Shown piece after piece: positions 1 through 8,911 of a stretch of 64,000 bases of DNA (positions within the stretch are counted from its first letter, which is position 1; each line of letters starts with the position of its first letter). Source of the stretch: Minisyncoccota bacterium (GTDB taxonomy: Bacteria; Patescibacteriota; Minisyncoccia; Phycocordibacterales; UBA9973); assembly GCA_041666045.1 (NCBI GenBank), contig JBAYHR010000001.1:21107-85106 (forward strand). Direction: 5' to 3'. A program made the position numbers and the translations under genes. The notes under the pieces were generated by a model that ran no database searches, was not told the origin of the DNA, and was given only the letters and a program-made list of their open reading frames with translations.

Positions 1-1452
1 TTCAATTTCAATATGGTTGCTCTTGTTGATGGAGTTCCACAAACTCTTTCTCTTAAATCTATTCTTTCAGAATTTATTTCTCATAGAAAAGAAGTTGTGA
101 AGAGACGCTCTCTTTTTGATTTACGTAAAGCAGAGGATAGAGAACATATTTTGCTTGGATTAAAAAAAGCCCTTGATTTTATTGATAAAGTAATAAAAAC
201 AATTCGTGCATCAAAAGATGGTGCTACTGCAAAAATTAATTTGATGAAAGAATTTAAATTCTCTGATCTTCAAGCGGGAGCTATTTTGGAAATGAAGTTG
301 CAAAAACTTGCAGGACTTGAGAGAAAATTAATCGAAGAAGAATTGAAAGAGAAACAAGCTTTCATTAAAGCAATAAAAGAATTGCTGGCTAGTCCAAAGA
401 AAATGTTGAAAGTTATTTCAGATGAGCTTAAAGAAATTGGAGAAAAATATAGAGATGAACGCAGGACAAGAATAGTTAAGGGTGGAATAAAAGAAATTTC
501 TGATGAAGATTTGATTCCAGATAAAGAAACTATGCTTGTATTTACACAAGGCGGATATGTTAAACGCACAGATCCTTCTGAGTATCGTTCACAAAAAAGA
601 GGTGGAGTTGGTGTTGTTGATCTAGAAACAAAAGAAGAAGATTTTGTGACTATGTTAGTGTCTGGTTCTACTCACAATGATTTACTTTTCTTTACCAATT
701 TAGGTAAAGCGTATCAGATAAAAATGTATGATATTCCAGAAGGAAGACGCGCTACAAAAGGCAAGTCAATCATGAATTTCCTTTCTCTTGCTGGTGATGA
801 AAAAGTGACTTCAATATTGCCAATGCCAAAAGAATTGAAAAAGACCCCTATTTCCCTGATGCTTGTTACAAAAAATGGTACTGCAAAGAAAATGTCCGGT
901 GAAAGTTTTAAAGATGTGCGTCGTTCAGGAATTATTGCAATTAGATTAGATAAAGGAGATGAGCTTGCTTCTGCGCTTTTGACAGATAAAGGAGATGAAG
1001 TAATGCTAGCAACTTCTGGTGGACAATCTATAAGATTTAAAGAATCTGATATAAGAGAGATGGGGAGGACAGCAGGGGGTGTGCGTGGAATGAAGCTTGG
1101 CAAAGGTGATCAAGTTATCGGTGTGGATGTAATAAAGAAAGATAAAAAAGATGGATCATTTTTGACGATGAGCGCTAATGGTTTTGGTAAGAAAACTTCT
1201 TTAAAAGAATATAAAGTTCAGAAAAGGGGAGGATCAGGTATTAAAACAGCGAAAGTAACTCCGAAAACTGGCAAACTTATTGTTGCAAAAGTTTTAGCTG
1301 ATGGCGAAGAAGAATTAATTGCAATGTCAAAGAAAGGACAAGTTATAAGAACTGCTTTGAAAGATATTTCTTCTTTAGGAAGACAAACTCAAGGTGTGAC
1401 GATAATGCGTTTACGCGCAGGGGATGGTATTGCATCTCTTACTTGTGTTTAA
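1..1452 (+). CDS. gyrA: DNA gyrase subunit A, C-terminal part (5' end outside window)
   Basis: Frame is open from position 1. Translation matches the GyrA tail and C-terminal beta-pinwheel region (VALVDGVPQTLSLK..., repeated GG-x-G blades). Stop at 1452. Confidence 0.85.
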   Translation, partial: FNFNMVALVDGVPQTLSLKSILSEFISHRKEVVKRRSLFDLRKAEDREHILLGLKKALDFIDKVIKTIRASKDGATAKINLMKEFKFSDLQAGAILEMKLQKLAGLERKLIEEELKEKQAFIKAIKELLASPKKMLKVISDELKEIGEKYRDERRTRIVKGGIKEISDEDLIPDKETMLVFTQGGYVKRTDPSEYRSQKRGGVGVVDLETKEEDFVTMLVSGSTHNDLLFFTNLGKAYQIKMYDIPEGRRATKGKSIMNFLSLAGDEKVTSILPMPKELKKTPISLMLVTKNGTAKKMSGESFKDVRRSGIIAIRLDKGDELASALLTDKGDEVMLATSGGQSIRFKESDIREMGRTAGGVRGMKLGKGDQVIGVDVIKKDKKDGSFLTMSANGFGKKTSLKEYKVQKRGGSGIKTAKVTPKTGKLIVAKVLADGEEELIAMSKKGQVIRTALKDISSLGRQTQGVTIMRLRAGDGIASLTCV

Positions 1453-1474
1453 TTTACAAATTTAATAAATAAAT

Positions 1475-1993
1475 ATGTTCACTGATCCAATTAAAAATTT
1501 AAAACAATTCGGAATAAGAGAAGATATGATTGTGGCTGATTTAGGTGCGGGAACTGGTTTTTATTCCTTAGCTTTAGCACATATGGTTCCACACGGGAAA
1601 GTTTATGCTATTGAAATACAAAAAGATTTTTTAATAACTATAAAAAACAAAATAAAAGAAGCTAGGTTAAAAAATATAGAATGTTTTTTAGGAAATATTG
1701 AAAAAATTGGTGGAACAAAAATAAAAGATGAAGTGATAGATTCAGTTGTTATATCAAATGTGCTTTTTCAAGCAGAAAATAAAGAAAAATTTATCGAAGA
1801 AGCAAAAAGAATATTAAAATCTAACGGGAAAGTTCTCGTGATAGATTGGGCAGATTCTTCTACTTTAGGAATAAATAAAGGATCAATTATTTCTAAAGAT
1901 AAAATAAAGGATATGTTTGAAAAAAAAGGGTTTGTTTATGACAGAGATATTAATGCAGGAGAGCATCATTATGGTATGATATTTAATAAGTAG
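1475..1993 (+). CDS. class I SAM-dependent methyltransferase
   Basis: Glycine-rich SAM-binding motif VADLGAGTGFYSLALA near the N-terminus. 172 aa. Confidence 0.65.
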   Translation: MFTDPIKNLKQFGIREDMIVADLGAGTGFYSLALAHMVPHGKVYAIEIQKDFLITIKNKIKEARLKNIECFLGNIEKIGGTKIKDEVIDSVVISNVLFQAENKEKFIEEAKRILKSNGKVLVIDWADSSTLGINKGSIISKDKIKDMFEKKGFVYDRDINAGEHHYGMIFNK

Positions 1994-2006
1994 AAAGTAA
2001 TAAAAT

Positions 2007-3296
2007 ATGAAAGGAAATTTTCAAACAATAATTATAATTACATTTATAGCCTTAGCGGTTTTTGGTGTTTTGGTTTTTTCTGGAGCTATAAAAATTGGAA
2101 GTGATAATCAATCTGGAGCATTAGGCACTGTTACATTATGGGGGACTGTAAAAGTGGATGTAATTGCATCAGCGCTTGATGATTTTAATCGTGTCAATAA
2201 AACTTTTATTGTGAAGTATGTTCAAAAATATCCAGAAACTTTTGACCAAGATTTACTTGAAGCATTAGCCTCAGGTCAAGGTCCAGATATGTTTTTCTTA
2301 CCTGATAATTTAGTCTTTAATTATAAAAATAAAATTTATCCTATTCCTTATCAAAGTTTGCCTGTTGCAACATTTGAAAATAGTTTTGCTTCAGCTGGAG
2401 AAGTATTTTTGACTTCAAAAGGTGTTTTGGCTTTTCCTATAGCAATTGATCCTATGGTTATGTATTATAACAGAAGCATTCTTGATGCAAATTCTGTTGT
2501 TTATCCTCCAGTATATTGGGACGAATTTATTAATCTTGTTCCAATTTTAACTAAAAAAGATGAAAATAAAAAAATAATAAAAAGTGGAGTTGCAATGGGG
2601 CAATTTTCAAATATTGACCATTCTAAAGATATAATTTCTATTTTATTTATGCAGGCTGGAAATCCAATTATAACTGAAAAAAATGGATATTTTGTTTCTA
2701 CTTTAAATGAAACTGGGAAATATGACTTAGGTTCTATTTTAAAATTCTATACGGATTTTTCTAATCCTCTAAAAGATGTTTATTCTTGGAATAAAGCTAT
2801 GCCTAATTCCAGTGATGTTTTTAGCGCTGATAATTTGGCATTTTATTTTGGATATGCGAGTGAGCTTCAGACTTTAATTAACAAGAATCCGAATCTAAAC
2901 TTTTTACCTGCGCAAATGCCTCAAATTAAAAATGCCAGTTCTAAACTTACTTCTGCTCGTGTTACTGGAATTGCCATTTCTGCTTTTTCTAAAAATTTAA
3001 ATACCGCTTTTACTGCTGCTGGTCTTTTATCAAGTAGTGATTTTGCTTCTAAATTTGCAAATGCTTTGGGTGTTGCTCCTGCCAGACGTGATCTTTTAGC
3101 TATAAAACAAACAGATGCATATTTACCGACTTTTTATTCTTCAGCTTTATATTCAAGAAGTTGGCTTGATCCATCCTCAAATGATACAGATAATATTTTT
3201 CGTGGAATGGTGGAAGGTGTATTGTCAAATAATATGACAGTTGAAAACGCAGTTAGAGATGCCAGTGCCAAGCTTAGTCTTTTATTAGCCAGATAA
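2007..3296 (+). CDS. extracellular solute-binding protein (ABC-type, family 1-like) with N-terminal membrane anchor
   Basis: N-terminal hydrophobic helix. Size and motifs resemble sugar-type periplasmic binding proteins. No cognate permease is adjacent. Confidence 0.45.
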   Translation: MKGNFQTIIIITFIALAVFGVLVFSGAIKIGSDNQSGALGTVTLWGTVKVDVIASALDDFNRVNKTFIVKYVQKYPETFDQDLLEALASGQGPDMFFLPDNLVFNYKNKIYPIPYQSLPVATFENSFASAGEVFLTSKGVLAFPIAIDPMVMYYNRSILDANSVVYPPVYWDEFINLVPILTKKDENKKIIKSGVAMGQFSNIDHSKDIISILFMQAGNPIITEKNGYFVSTLNETGKYDLGSILKFYTDFSNPLKDVYSWNKAMPNSSDVFSADNLAFYFGYASELQTLINKNPNLNFLPAQMPQIKNASSKLTSARVTGIAISAFSKNLNTAFTAAGLLSSSDFASKFANALGVAPARRDLLAIKQTDAYLPTFYSSALYSRSWLDPSSNDTDNIFRGMVEGVLSNNMTVENAVRDASAKLSLLLAR

Positions 3297-3302
3297 TCAA
3301 TT

Positions 3303-4343
3303 ATGAAAAAAATAACAAAATTTTTAATTTTCTTTTCAATATTAAGTATTTTTCTTTTGCCTAGTATTTCTTTTGCTCAAACTACATCTACTCTCACCAC
3401 TTCAGATCTCACAGCAACTTCCGTTACATTAAATGCAACTGGGTTAACTCCTAATCAAATATATAAATTTAAAATTAATGGAGCTTCTGGTTTAATTGAA
3501 CAGCAATTTACAGCAGATTCTACTGGTACGGGTAAGGTTTCTTTTGGATCTCCGAATTTTCATTTAGAAGTATATAGTGATTTTATTGCTTCGGTAAATG
3601 AATATAATCCTAATACAGGGATTTCATCAAATGCTATTGCCACTTTAAATTTTAAAACATTAGGAGTAAATCTTATTGTATCAGATATTACAAAAAATTC
3701 TGTTACTTTAAACGCAACTGGGTTAACTCCTTCTAGATTACATAAATTTGAAATTGTTGGAGCTTCTGGTTCTCCTACGCAAGAAGTTACAGCGGATGTT
3801 GATAGTAAGGCTAAGGTTACTTTTAATAATTTAGTTTCAGGACATAGTTATGCTGCTAGAGTATATCTTGTAGGATCTGAGACAATTGCCAGAGGTTATT
3901 TTGAGGTTTATTTTACAACATTAGCTTCAGATATTACTCCAATCCCAAACTCGAACCCAAATCCAGATCCCAATCAAAATTCAAGTTCAGACATAACTCT
4001 ATCATCTGGAAATACAAGTTCTGGCGGTGGTAGCAATTTAATTCCTTGTGGGACAACAGCTAATCCTACAGCTTGTGGATTTAATGATTTAATGAAATTA
4101 ATAAATAATGTGGTTAATTTTATTCTTTTTGATATGGTTGTGCCTATTGCGGCTATAATGTTCGCTTATGCTGGTATTCTCCTTATATTTTCTGGTGGTG
4201 ATACTTCCAAGAGATCTAAAGCAAAAAGTATATTTATCAATGTTGCCATAGGATTTATTATTGCAATCGCAGCTTGGCTTATAGTTGAATTTATATTGAA
4301 TCTATTAGGCTATGATAAGACTTGGGATTGGTTTGGCTTTTAA
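3303..4343 (+). CDS. secreted protein with two ~110-aa tandem Ig/FN3-like repeats and a C-terminal pilin-like two-TM domain
   Basis: Signal peptide ending SFAQ. Internal duplication (SVTLNATGLTP...GASG occurs twice). C-terminal hydrophobic-charged-hydrophobic domain is shared with the four downstream small ORFs. Confidence 0.55.
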   Translation: MKKITKFLIFFSILSIFLLPSISFAQTTSTLTTSDLTATSVTLNATGLTPNQIYKFKINGASGLIEQQFTADSTGTGKVSFGSPNFHLEVYSDFIASVNEYNPNTGISSNAIATLNFKTLGVNLIVSDITKNSVTLNATGLTPSRLHKFEIVGASGSPTQEVTADVDSKAKVTFNNLVSGHSYAARVYLVGSETIARGYFEVYFTTLASDITPIPNSNPNPDPNQNSSSDITLSSGNTSSGGGSNLIPCGTTANPTACGFNDLMKLINNVVNFILFDMVVPIAAIMFAYAGILLIFSGGDTSKRSKAKSIFINVAIGFIIAIAAWLIVEFILNLLGYDKTWDWFGF

Positions 4344-4432
4344 AATAGTGTATAATTGATATACTTGTCCCGTTAGAAATTTAATAAGCGGGAGAATAAA
4401 ATAATATGAAAAAAATTAAAATTTCTAATGGG

Positions 4433-4843
4433 ATGAAATTCATTAAGAAAAATCTTTTTGCAATAATTTTATCAATCATTGTTATTTCTGTGCCAATTTT
4501 ATCTTTTGCGCAGAATGGTACAAATGCAATTGGAACAGGAAATGGCACAAATGCTACGGGAACAGGTGGTCTTTCCTCAACGATTGTTAACCCAATAGGA
4601 GTTACAAGCATAACTGGCTTAATTAAAACAATTCTACAAGCTGTCATAAAACTAGGAATACCAATTGTTGCGTTGGCAATAATTTATTGCGGTTTTCTTT
4701 TTGTGAAAGCCTTGGGAAAACCTGAGGAATTAAAAAAAGCAAAAGACGCTTTATTATACACAGTTATAGGCGCGGCAATTTTACTGGGTGCTTGGACGAT
4801 CGCCCAGCTTATATCAGATACAGTTTTAGAAATAGCTAAATAA
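4433..4843 (+). CDS. small secreted/membrane pilin-like protein, paralog 2 (T4SS-pilin/VirB2-TrbC-like architecture)
   Basis: Start chosen at the ATG directly after the conserved hairpin arm; the track ORF starts at 4406. Signal peptide ends SFAQ. C-terminal IPIVALAIIYCGFLFVKALGKPEELKKAKD...ILLGAWTI forms a two-TM hairpin. Confidence 0.5.
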   Translation: MKFIKKNLFAIILSIIVISVPILSFAQNGTNAIGTGNGTNATGTGGLSSTIVNPIGVTSITGLIKTILQAVIKLGIPIVALAIIYCGFLFVKALGKPEELKKAKDALLYTVIGAAILLGAWTIAQLISDTVLEIAK

Positions 4844-4848
4844 AATTT

Positions 4849-5253
4849 ATGAAGATAAATAAAATAAAATATTTTGCATTTGTTATAGTTATGTTTTCTT
4901 TTTTATATATGCCAAGTATTTCTTTGGCTCAACAACAACCTGAACAATCTAGTTCAAGGGGTGTTTTATGCAGTTTAGTTTCAAGTCCAAAATTGGGAGA
5001 TTTATTAGGTTATATTACTTGTATTATTAGCAAGTCTGTAATTCCTTTAATTTTTGCTTTAGCTATTGCTTCTTTTATTTGGGGAGTTGTGCAGTATGTA
5101 ATAAATAATGATGATGAAGCAAAAAAAGCAAAAGGCAAGATGTTTATGATCTGGGGAATTATAGCTTTGACAGTGATGGTTTCTGTTTGGGGATTGGTAA
5201 GTATTTTGGGAAATACTTTTGGAATTCTTAATGTAATACCGCAACTTAAATAG
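4849..5253 (+). CDS. small secreted/membrane pilin-like protein, paralog 3
   Basis: Signal peptide ends SLAQQ. C-terminal WGVVQYVINNDDEAKKAKGKMFMIWGIIALTVMVSVWGLV motif. Confidence 0.5.
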   Translation: MKINKIKYFAFVIVMFSFLYMPSISLAQQQPEQSSSRGVLCSLVSSPKLGDLLGYITCIISKSVIPLIFALAIASFIWGVVQYVINNDDEAKKAKGKMFMIWGIIALTVMVSVWGLVSILGNTFGILNVIPQLK

Positions 5254-5372
5254 TAATCCACATAGGTGTGATTTTGTCTTATCTTTATGGTATAATACAA
5301 AAAGCTTAATAAATTTAGGCAAATTATTATTAGTTTTAAGGTCGCTCAATTATTATTAATTATTAAAAAAAT

Positions 5373-5747
5373 ATGAAAAATAAATTAGCTATTTTATCTG
5401 GTTTTGGATTAGTTTTTGCTCCATTATTAGCTTTTGCTCAACAATCAAATGGTTGTGTCAATGCAATACCTGGAACAATACAAAAGGTAATCTGTACAAT
5501 AGGAAATATTTTAGATACTGTTATTCCAGTTCTTATTGTTTTAGGAATCGTATATTTTGTTTGGGGAGTTGTTCAGTATGTAATGGCTTCTGAAGAAGAG
5601 GCAAAGAAAGTAGGAAGAGAAAGAATGATATATGGTATTATTGGTTTAGTTGTTATTGTAGGTATGTGGGGTCTTGTTGGTATTGTTACTAATACTTTCA
5701 ATTTGTCTGGTACTACAACATATACTATTCCAACAAGTCCTTTCTAG
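5373..5747 (+). CDS. small secreted/membrane pilin-like protein, paralog 4
   Basis: Signal peptide ends AFAQQ. C-terminal WGVVQYVMASEEEAKKVGRERMIYGIIGLVVIVGMWGLV motif. Extended -10 TGGTATAAT upstream. Confidence 0.5.
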   Translation: MKNKLAILSGFGLVFAPLLAFAQQSNGCVNAIPGTIQKVICTIGNILDTVIPVLIVLGIVYFVWGVVQYVMASEEEAKKVGRERMIYGIIGLVVIVGMWGLVGIVTNTFNLSGTTTYTIPTSPF

Positions 5748-5753
5748 TAATAT

Positions 5754-6095
5754 ATGGATTTATTTTTTACAAATATTGCTTACGCGAGCGTAGATTCTGT
5801 TATATCAAAGATTAATACGCTTATAATAAATCCGCTCATTATTTTGCTTTTTGCTTTAGCATTAATGTATTTTCTTTATGGTGTATTTGAATTTCTTTCA
5901 AATGGAGATAATGAAGAAAAAAAGACAACTGGCAAGAAGCATATGATTTGGGGTATTGTTGGACTTACTGTTATGATGGGTGTTTGGTTTATTCTTGGAG
6001 TGATTTTAGATACTTTCAATATAACCGGAATAAATCCTCAGGAGGGAACTGTTCAATTAGATGAATATAATCCTTCATATCCGCAAGTAAAATAA
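5754..6095 (+). CDS. small membrane pilin-like protein, paralog 5
   Basis: Same C-terminal motif: NGDNEEKKTTGKKHMIWGIVGLTVMMGVWFILGV. Confidence 0.45.
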   Translation: MDLFFTNIAYASVDSVISKINTLIINPLIILLFALALMYFLYGVFEFLSNGDNEEKKTTGKKHMIWGIVGLTVMMGVWFILGVILDTFNITGINPQEGTVQLDEYNPSYPQVK

Positions 6096-6101
6096 TAAAA
6101 A

Positions 6102-6148
6102 ATGAAATAGGAATTAAAAAAAGCGATTCGTTAAAAACGAATCGCTTT
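6102..6148. terminator. bidirectional intrinsic terminator between convergent genes
   Basis: aaaaagcgattcgttaaaaacgaatcgctttttgtttt: perfect GC-containing hairpin with T-runs on both sides. Confidence 0.6.
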
Positions 6149-6169
6149 TTGTTTTACCACTTTAGGTAA

Positions 6170-6637
6170 TTAATAAATTTGATACCAATAGAAAATAATT
6201 TTATCTATACCTTCCGGATAAATTAGATAATTTCCTGCTGGCATTAGTGCCCAATCTTTTATTTTTGAGTTGTGTTCAGGTTTTTCGTTACAAATGAAAA
6301 ACCTAGATGGATCCGATTCTAATACATATTTTCCGTTACCTGGACCAATAATTCGTGTATTAGTTTTAGTAGGATCAAGATAAGCTCTTACTGGTTTATC
6401 CATTGTCGCTACCTCTTTTCCGCTCATTGGGTAAGCTACGAATAAATTTGAGAATGAAGTGTTTTCAGTTTTATTTGAGTTCTTGTTTGTTTGTTTTATT
6501 AGACTAAATATATCATTGCGATATATTAACAATAAAACAAGTGCAACAATTAAAACTACCCAAATTAGTAATTTACTAAATTTCAAGCCAAATAACAATA
6601 TAAAAGGCATACCTAAAATTTTTAATAACTTAATCAT
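6170..6637 (-). CDS. membrane protein, possible NfeD-like partner of the upstream SPFH protein
   Basis: N-terminal TM then soluble C-terminal domain. Strong SD aaggagga precedes the ATG. Translationally coupled to the SPFH gene. Confidence 0.3.
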   Translation of the reverse strand: MIKLLKILGMPFILLFGLKFSKLLIWVVLIVALVLLLIYRNDIFSLIKQTNKNSNKTENTSFSNLFVAYPMSGKEVATMDKPVRAYLDPTKTNTRIIGPGNGKYVLESDPSRFFICNEKPEHNSKIKDWALMPAGNYLIYPEGIDKIIFYWYQIY

Positions 6638-6653
6638 AATTGTTCCTCCTTTT

Positions 6654-7688
6654 TTATTTAGTTTGTGCGTTTACCATTGGTACTACAGGTGAAGCTCCAG
6701 TTCCATAAGAAAGAAGATGGGTTTTAGATACCTGTTCAAGATTTGCAAAACTAGAGATATTTTCAACTCCAATTATTTTTGAAATCTCTTCAAGATATTT
6801 CTTTATGCCTTCTCCTTCAGCTTGTTTTGCTAGAGCCATCTTTTGGGCGAAAAGAATTTTAGCATTTCCATCAAGTTCAGCTATTTTTTGAGCCATTTGA
6901 GCTTTTTGAAAATCTTCATCACCTTCTTCCCCTTTACTTAAGTCATAAAATTTCATTTCTATTAAATCTGCTCTTAAATGAAATTTATTTTCAATAATCT
7001 TATTTGTTTCTTCAATTACATTTTTAACAAAAGGAGAATCTGGGTCGGATTTGTTAGTTGTATTGCGAAAATCACTATAAGAAAGAAGTTTACATTGTTC
7101 TTGAATTGCTCCAGCAAAACCAGTTTCAGCTTGTGCAAGGATAATACCATCAGGTTTTATTTTAAAAATTACCTGAATAATGTTTAAAACTTCAAAAGTT
7201 ACTAGAAAGACTAAGTCAATTTTGGATCCGTCGTTTAATTCTACTCTAAGGATTTCAATTGCATGAGTATAAACTCTTTTAAAATAATCAAGTTTTTCAT
7301 TTTTTTTAATTATTTCATAACTAATTTGTTCTCCTTTTACTCCCTTAGCTTTTTTTTCTGTATACTCATTCCATTCTGAAGAAAATTGGTAAATATTTTT
7401 AATTGGTGTTATACCAAAAAAAATAATTCCAAATTCTTTAAATAAAGATCCATTTTTTTTAGGATTAATTGCTTTTACAAGTTCACCATTATTGTTGTAG
7501 TAAAGTCCTTTCATATTAGATAAAACTTCAACAACATTTTCTTCTTTCATTACGAGTTTTCCTTGTTCATTTCCAAGACGGGTGAAATGTGTGTTCCTTT
7601 TTGCTAGATTTTTCATCCCGATAATAATACAAGCTGAAAGTAGTGATATTAAAATTACACTACCTAAAATGATTAAAAAAATTGTCAT
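6654..7688 (-). CDS. SPFH/band-7 (flotillin/stomatin-like) membrane protein
   Basis: N-terminal TM. Core resembles the SPFH fold. C-terminal alanine/glutamate-rich coiled region AQMAQKIAELDGNAKILFAQKMALAKQAEGEG. Confidence 0.45.
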   Translation of the reverse strand: MTIFLIILGSVILISLLSACIIIGMKNLAKRNTHFTRLGNEQGKLVMKEENVVEVLSNMKGLYYNNNGELVKAINPKKNGSLFKEFGIIFFGITPIKNIYQFSSEWNEYTEKKAKGVKGEQISYEIIKKNEKLDYFKRVYTHAIEILRVELNDGSKIDLVFLVTFEVLNIIQVIFKIKPDGIILAQAETGFAGAIQEQCKLLSYSDFRNTTNKSDPDSPFVKNVIEETNKIIENKFHLRADLIEMKFYDLSKGEEGDEDFQKAQMAQKIAELDGNAKILFAQKMALAKQAEGEGIKKYLEEISKIIGVENISSFANLEQVSKTHLLSYGTGASPVVPMVNAQTK

Positions 7689-7823
7689 AATTTGGTTCCT
7701 CCATTTTTAGTTATTAATTTAAATAATTTGTTTATTTTAAAGGCTACAAAAATTAAATAGGGAAGTAGCCACTCAAATAAACAAACTATTTAAACTTATT
7801 TTCAAATAACTTTTTACTCGTAA

Positions 7824-7852
7824 AGTATAGCATATAGAATCTAAAAAGTCAA
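7824..7852 (-). promoter_or_regulatory. sigma70-type promoter TTGACT-N17-TATACT for the SPFH gene
   Basis: Minus-strand sequence TTGACTTTTTAGATTCTATATGCTATACT, immediately after a terminator hairpin. Near-identical copy at 8842-8870. Confidence 0.5.
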
Positions 7853-7928
7853 CCTTATTTGGTAATGTGTACACACATTAAGCATAAAAAATACCTCAGA
7901 ATCTATAAAGATCTGAGGTATTAAATAT

Positions 7929-8738
7929 TTAATTTCTGTGTCCATAGTAACTGTTGTTACCATTTCCACTAGAATGGTTATTGCTGTATCCATTACCATG
8001 ATTATGGCTACAATTTCCACCATAATGGTTTGAATAAGAACTTGCCCCGAATGGAGCTGTTACAACTTTTTGAATACTATAACCACCATATCGTTGATAG
8101 TTGTTGCGATAATAAATTGGTGGATCTGGTATAAAAACTGCACCAGTTCTAACTGTAACTTGTTTTCCGTAAACAATGTTTTCTTGTTGGTAGTTTTGAT
8201 TGTTAATAGAATTATTTTCATTAACGTAAACTTTCCCAACATTGTCATTGTTTACATTTGCATTAGTTTCTTGTTTGGGTATTTTTATTTTTTCAACTCT
8301 TGTTACGGGTACTGCGAGAATATTTCCGCATTTACTTCTTATTATAATAATTGAAAATGTTCCAATTCTGAAGACCCATGCAAACTCACTACCAGTAGGA
8401 TTTTTATGCCCGATGCTTTGGACAATTTTTTTAGTTTTAGGATCCCATCCAGAATTCATATAACCACCTTCTTCTAAATAAACTTCTTCAAGATAAAGAT
8501 GATTAAAGATTTCATTTATTCTAGTATTAGAAACTTTAAATATTGTATCTTTTAATCCAGCATTTATGTTTTCAATAAGAGAATTTCTGAATGCGAAACC
8601 TTTTGCAGTTTCTTGGAAAGCTAATTCTTTTAATTCTTCTTTTGAAGGAGAATTATATTTTGGAAAAATAGCTTGTACTTGTCCAAAAGAGCTGAGCTCG
8701 ATCCCAAAAAGGAGAGCAAAAATAATTAAATTTTTCAT
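7929..8738 (-). CDS. secreted protein with G/N/Y/H/S-rich C-terminal tail
   Basis: Signal peptide MKNLIIFALLFGIELSSFGQVQA. C-terminal low-complexity HNHGNGYSNNHSSGNGNNSYYGHRN. Confidence 0.4.
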   Translation of the reverse strand: MKNLIIFALLFGIELSSFGQVQAIFPKYNSPSKEELKELAFQETAKGFAFRNSLIENINAGLKDTIFKVSNTRINEIFNHLYLEEVYLEEGGYMNSGWDPKTKKIVQSIGHKNPTGSEFAWVFRIGTFSIIIIRSKCGNILAVPVTRVEKIKIPKQETNANVNNDNVGKVYVNENNSINNQNYQQENIVYGKQVTVRTGAVFIPDPPIYYRNNYQRYGGYSIQKVVTAPFGASSYSNHYGGNCSHNHGNGYSNNHSSGNGNNSYYGHRN

Positions 8739-8841
8739 ATTTTTTAGGTTTTAATTTGTTTACTTTAAAAGCCAAAATTTAGCATCTAAAATAAACAAAC
8801 TAAAACTTAATATTTTTCAAACAACTTATTTATCTGCCTAA

Positions 8842-8870
8842 AGTATATCACATAGAAACTAAAAAGTCAA
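8842..8870 (-). promoter_or_regulatory. sigma70-type promoter TTGACT-N17-TATACT overlapping a terminator hairpin
   Basis: Minus-strand sequence TTGACTTTTTAGTTTCTATGTGATATACT. The hairpin aaaaagtcaacccttttggttgacttttt (8861-8889) terminates the upstream gene. Confidence 0.5.
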
Positions 8871-8911
8871 CCCTTTTGGTTGACTTTTTAGTGTTAATTA
8901 TAAGATTGTTT

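Noticed and set aside
270-1103. Minus-strand ORFs 270-569 and 714-1103 inside gyrA
   Set aside because: They are antisense to a confidently identified GyrA reading frame and have low-complexity composition.
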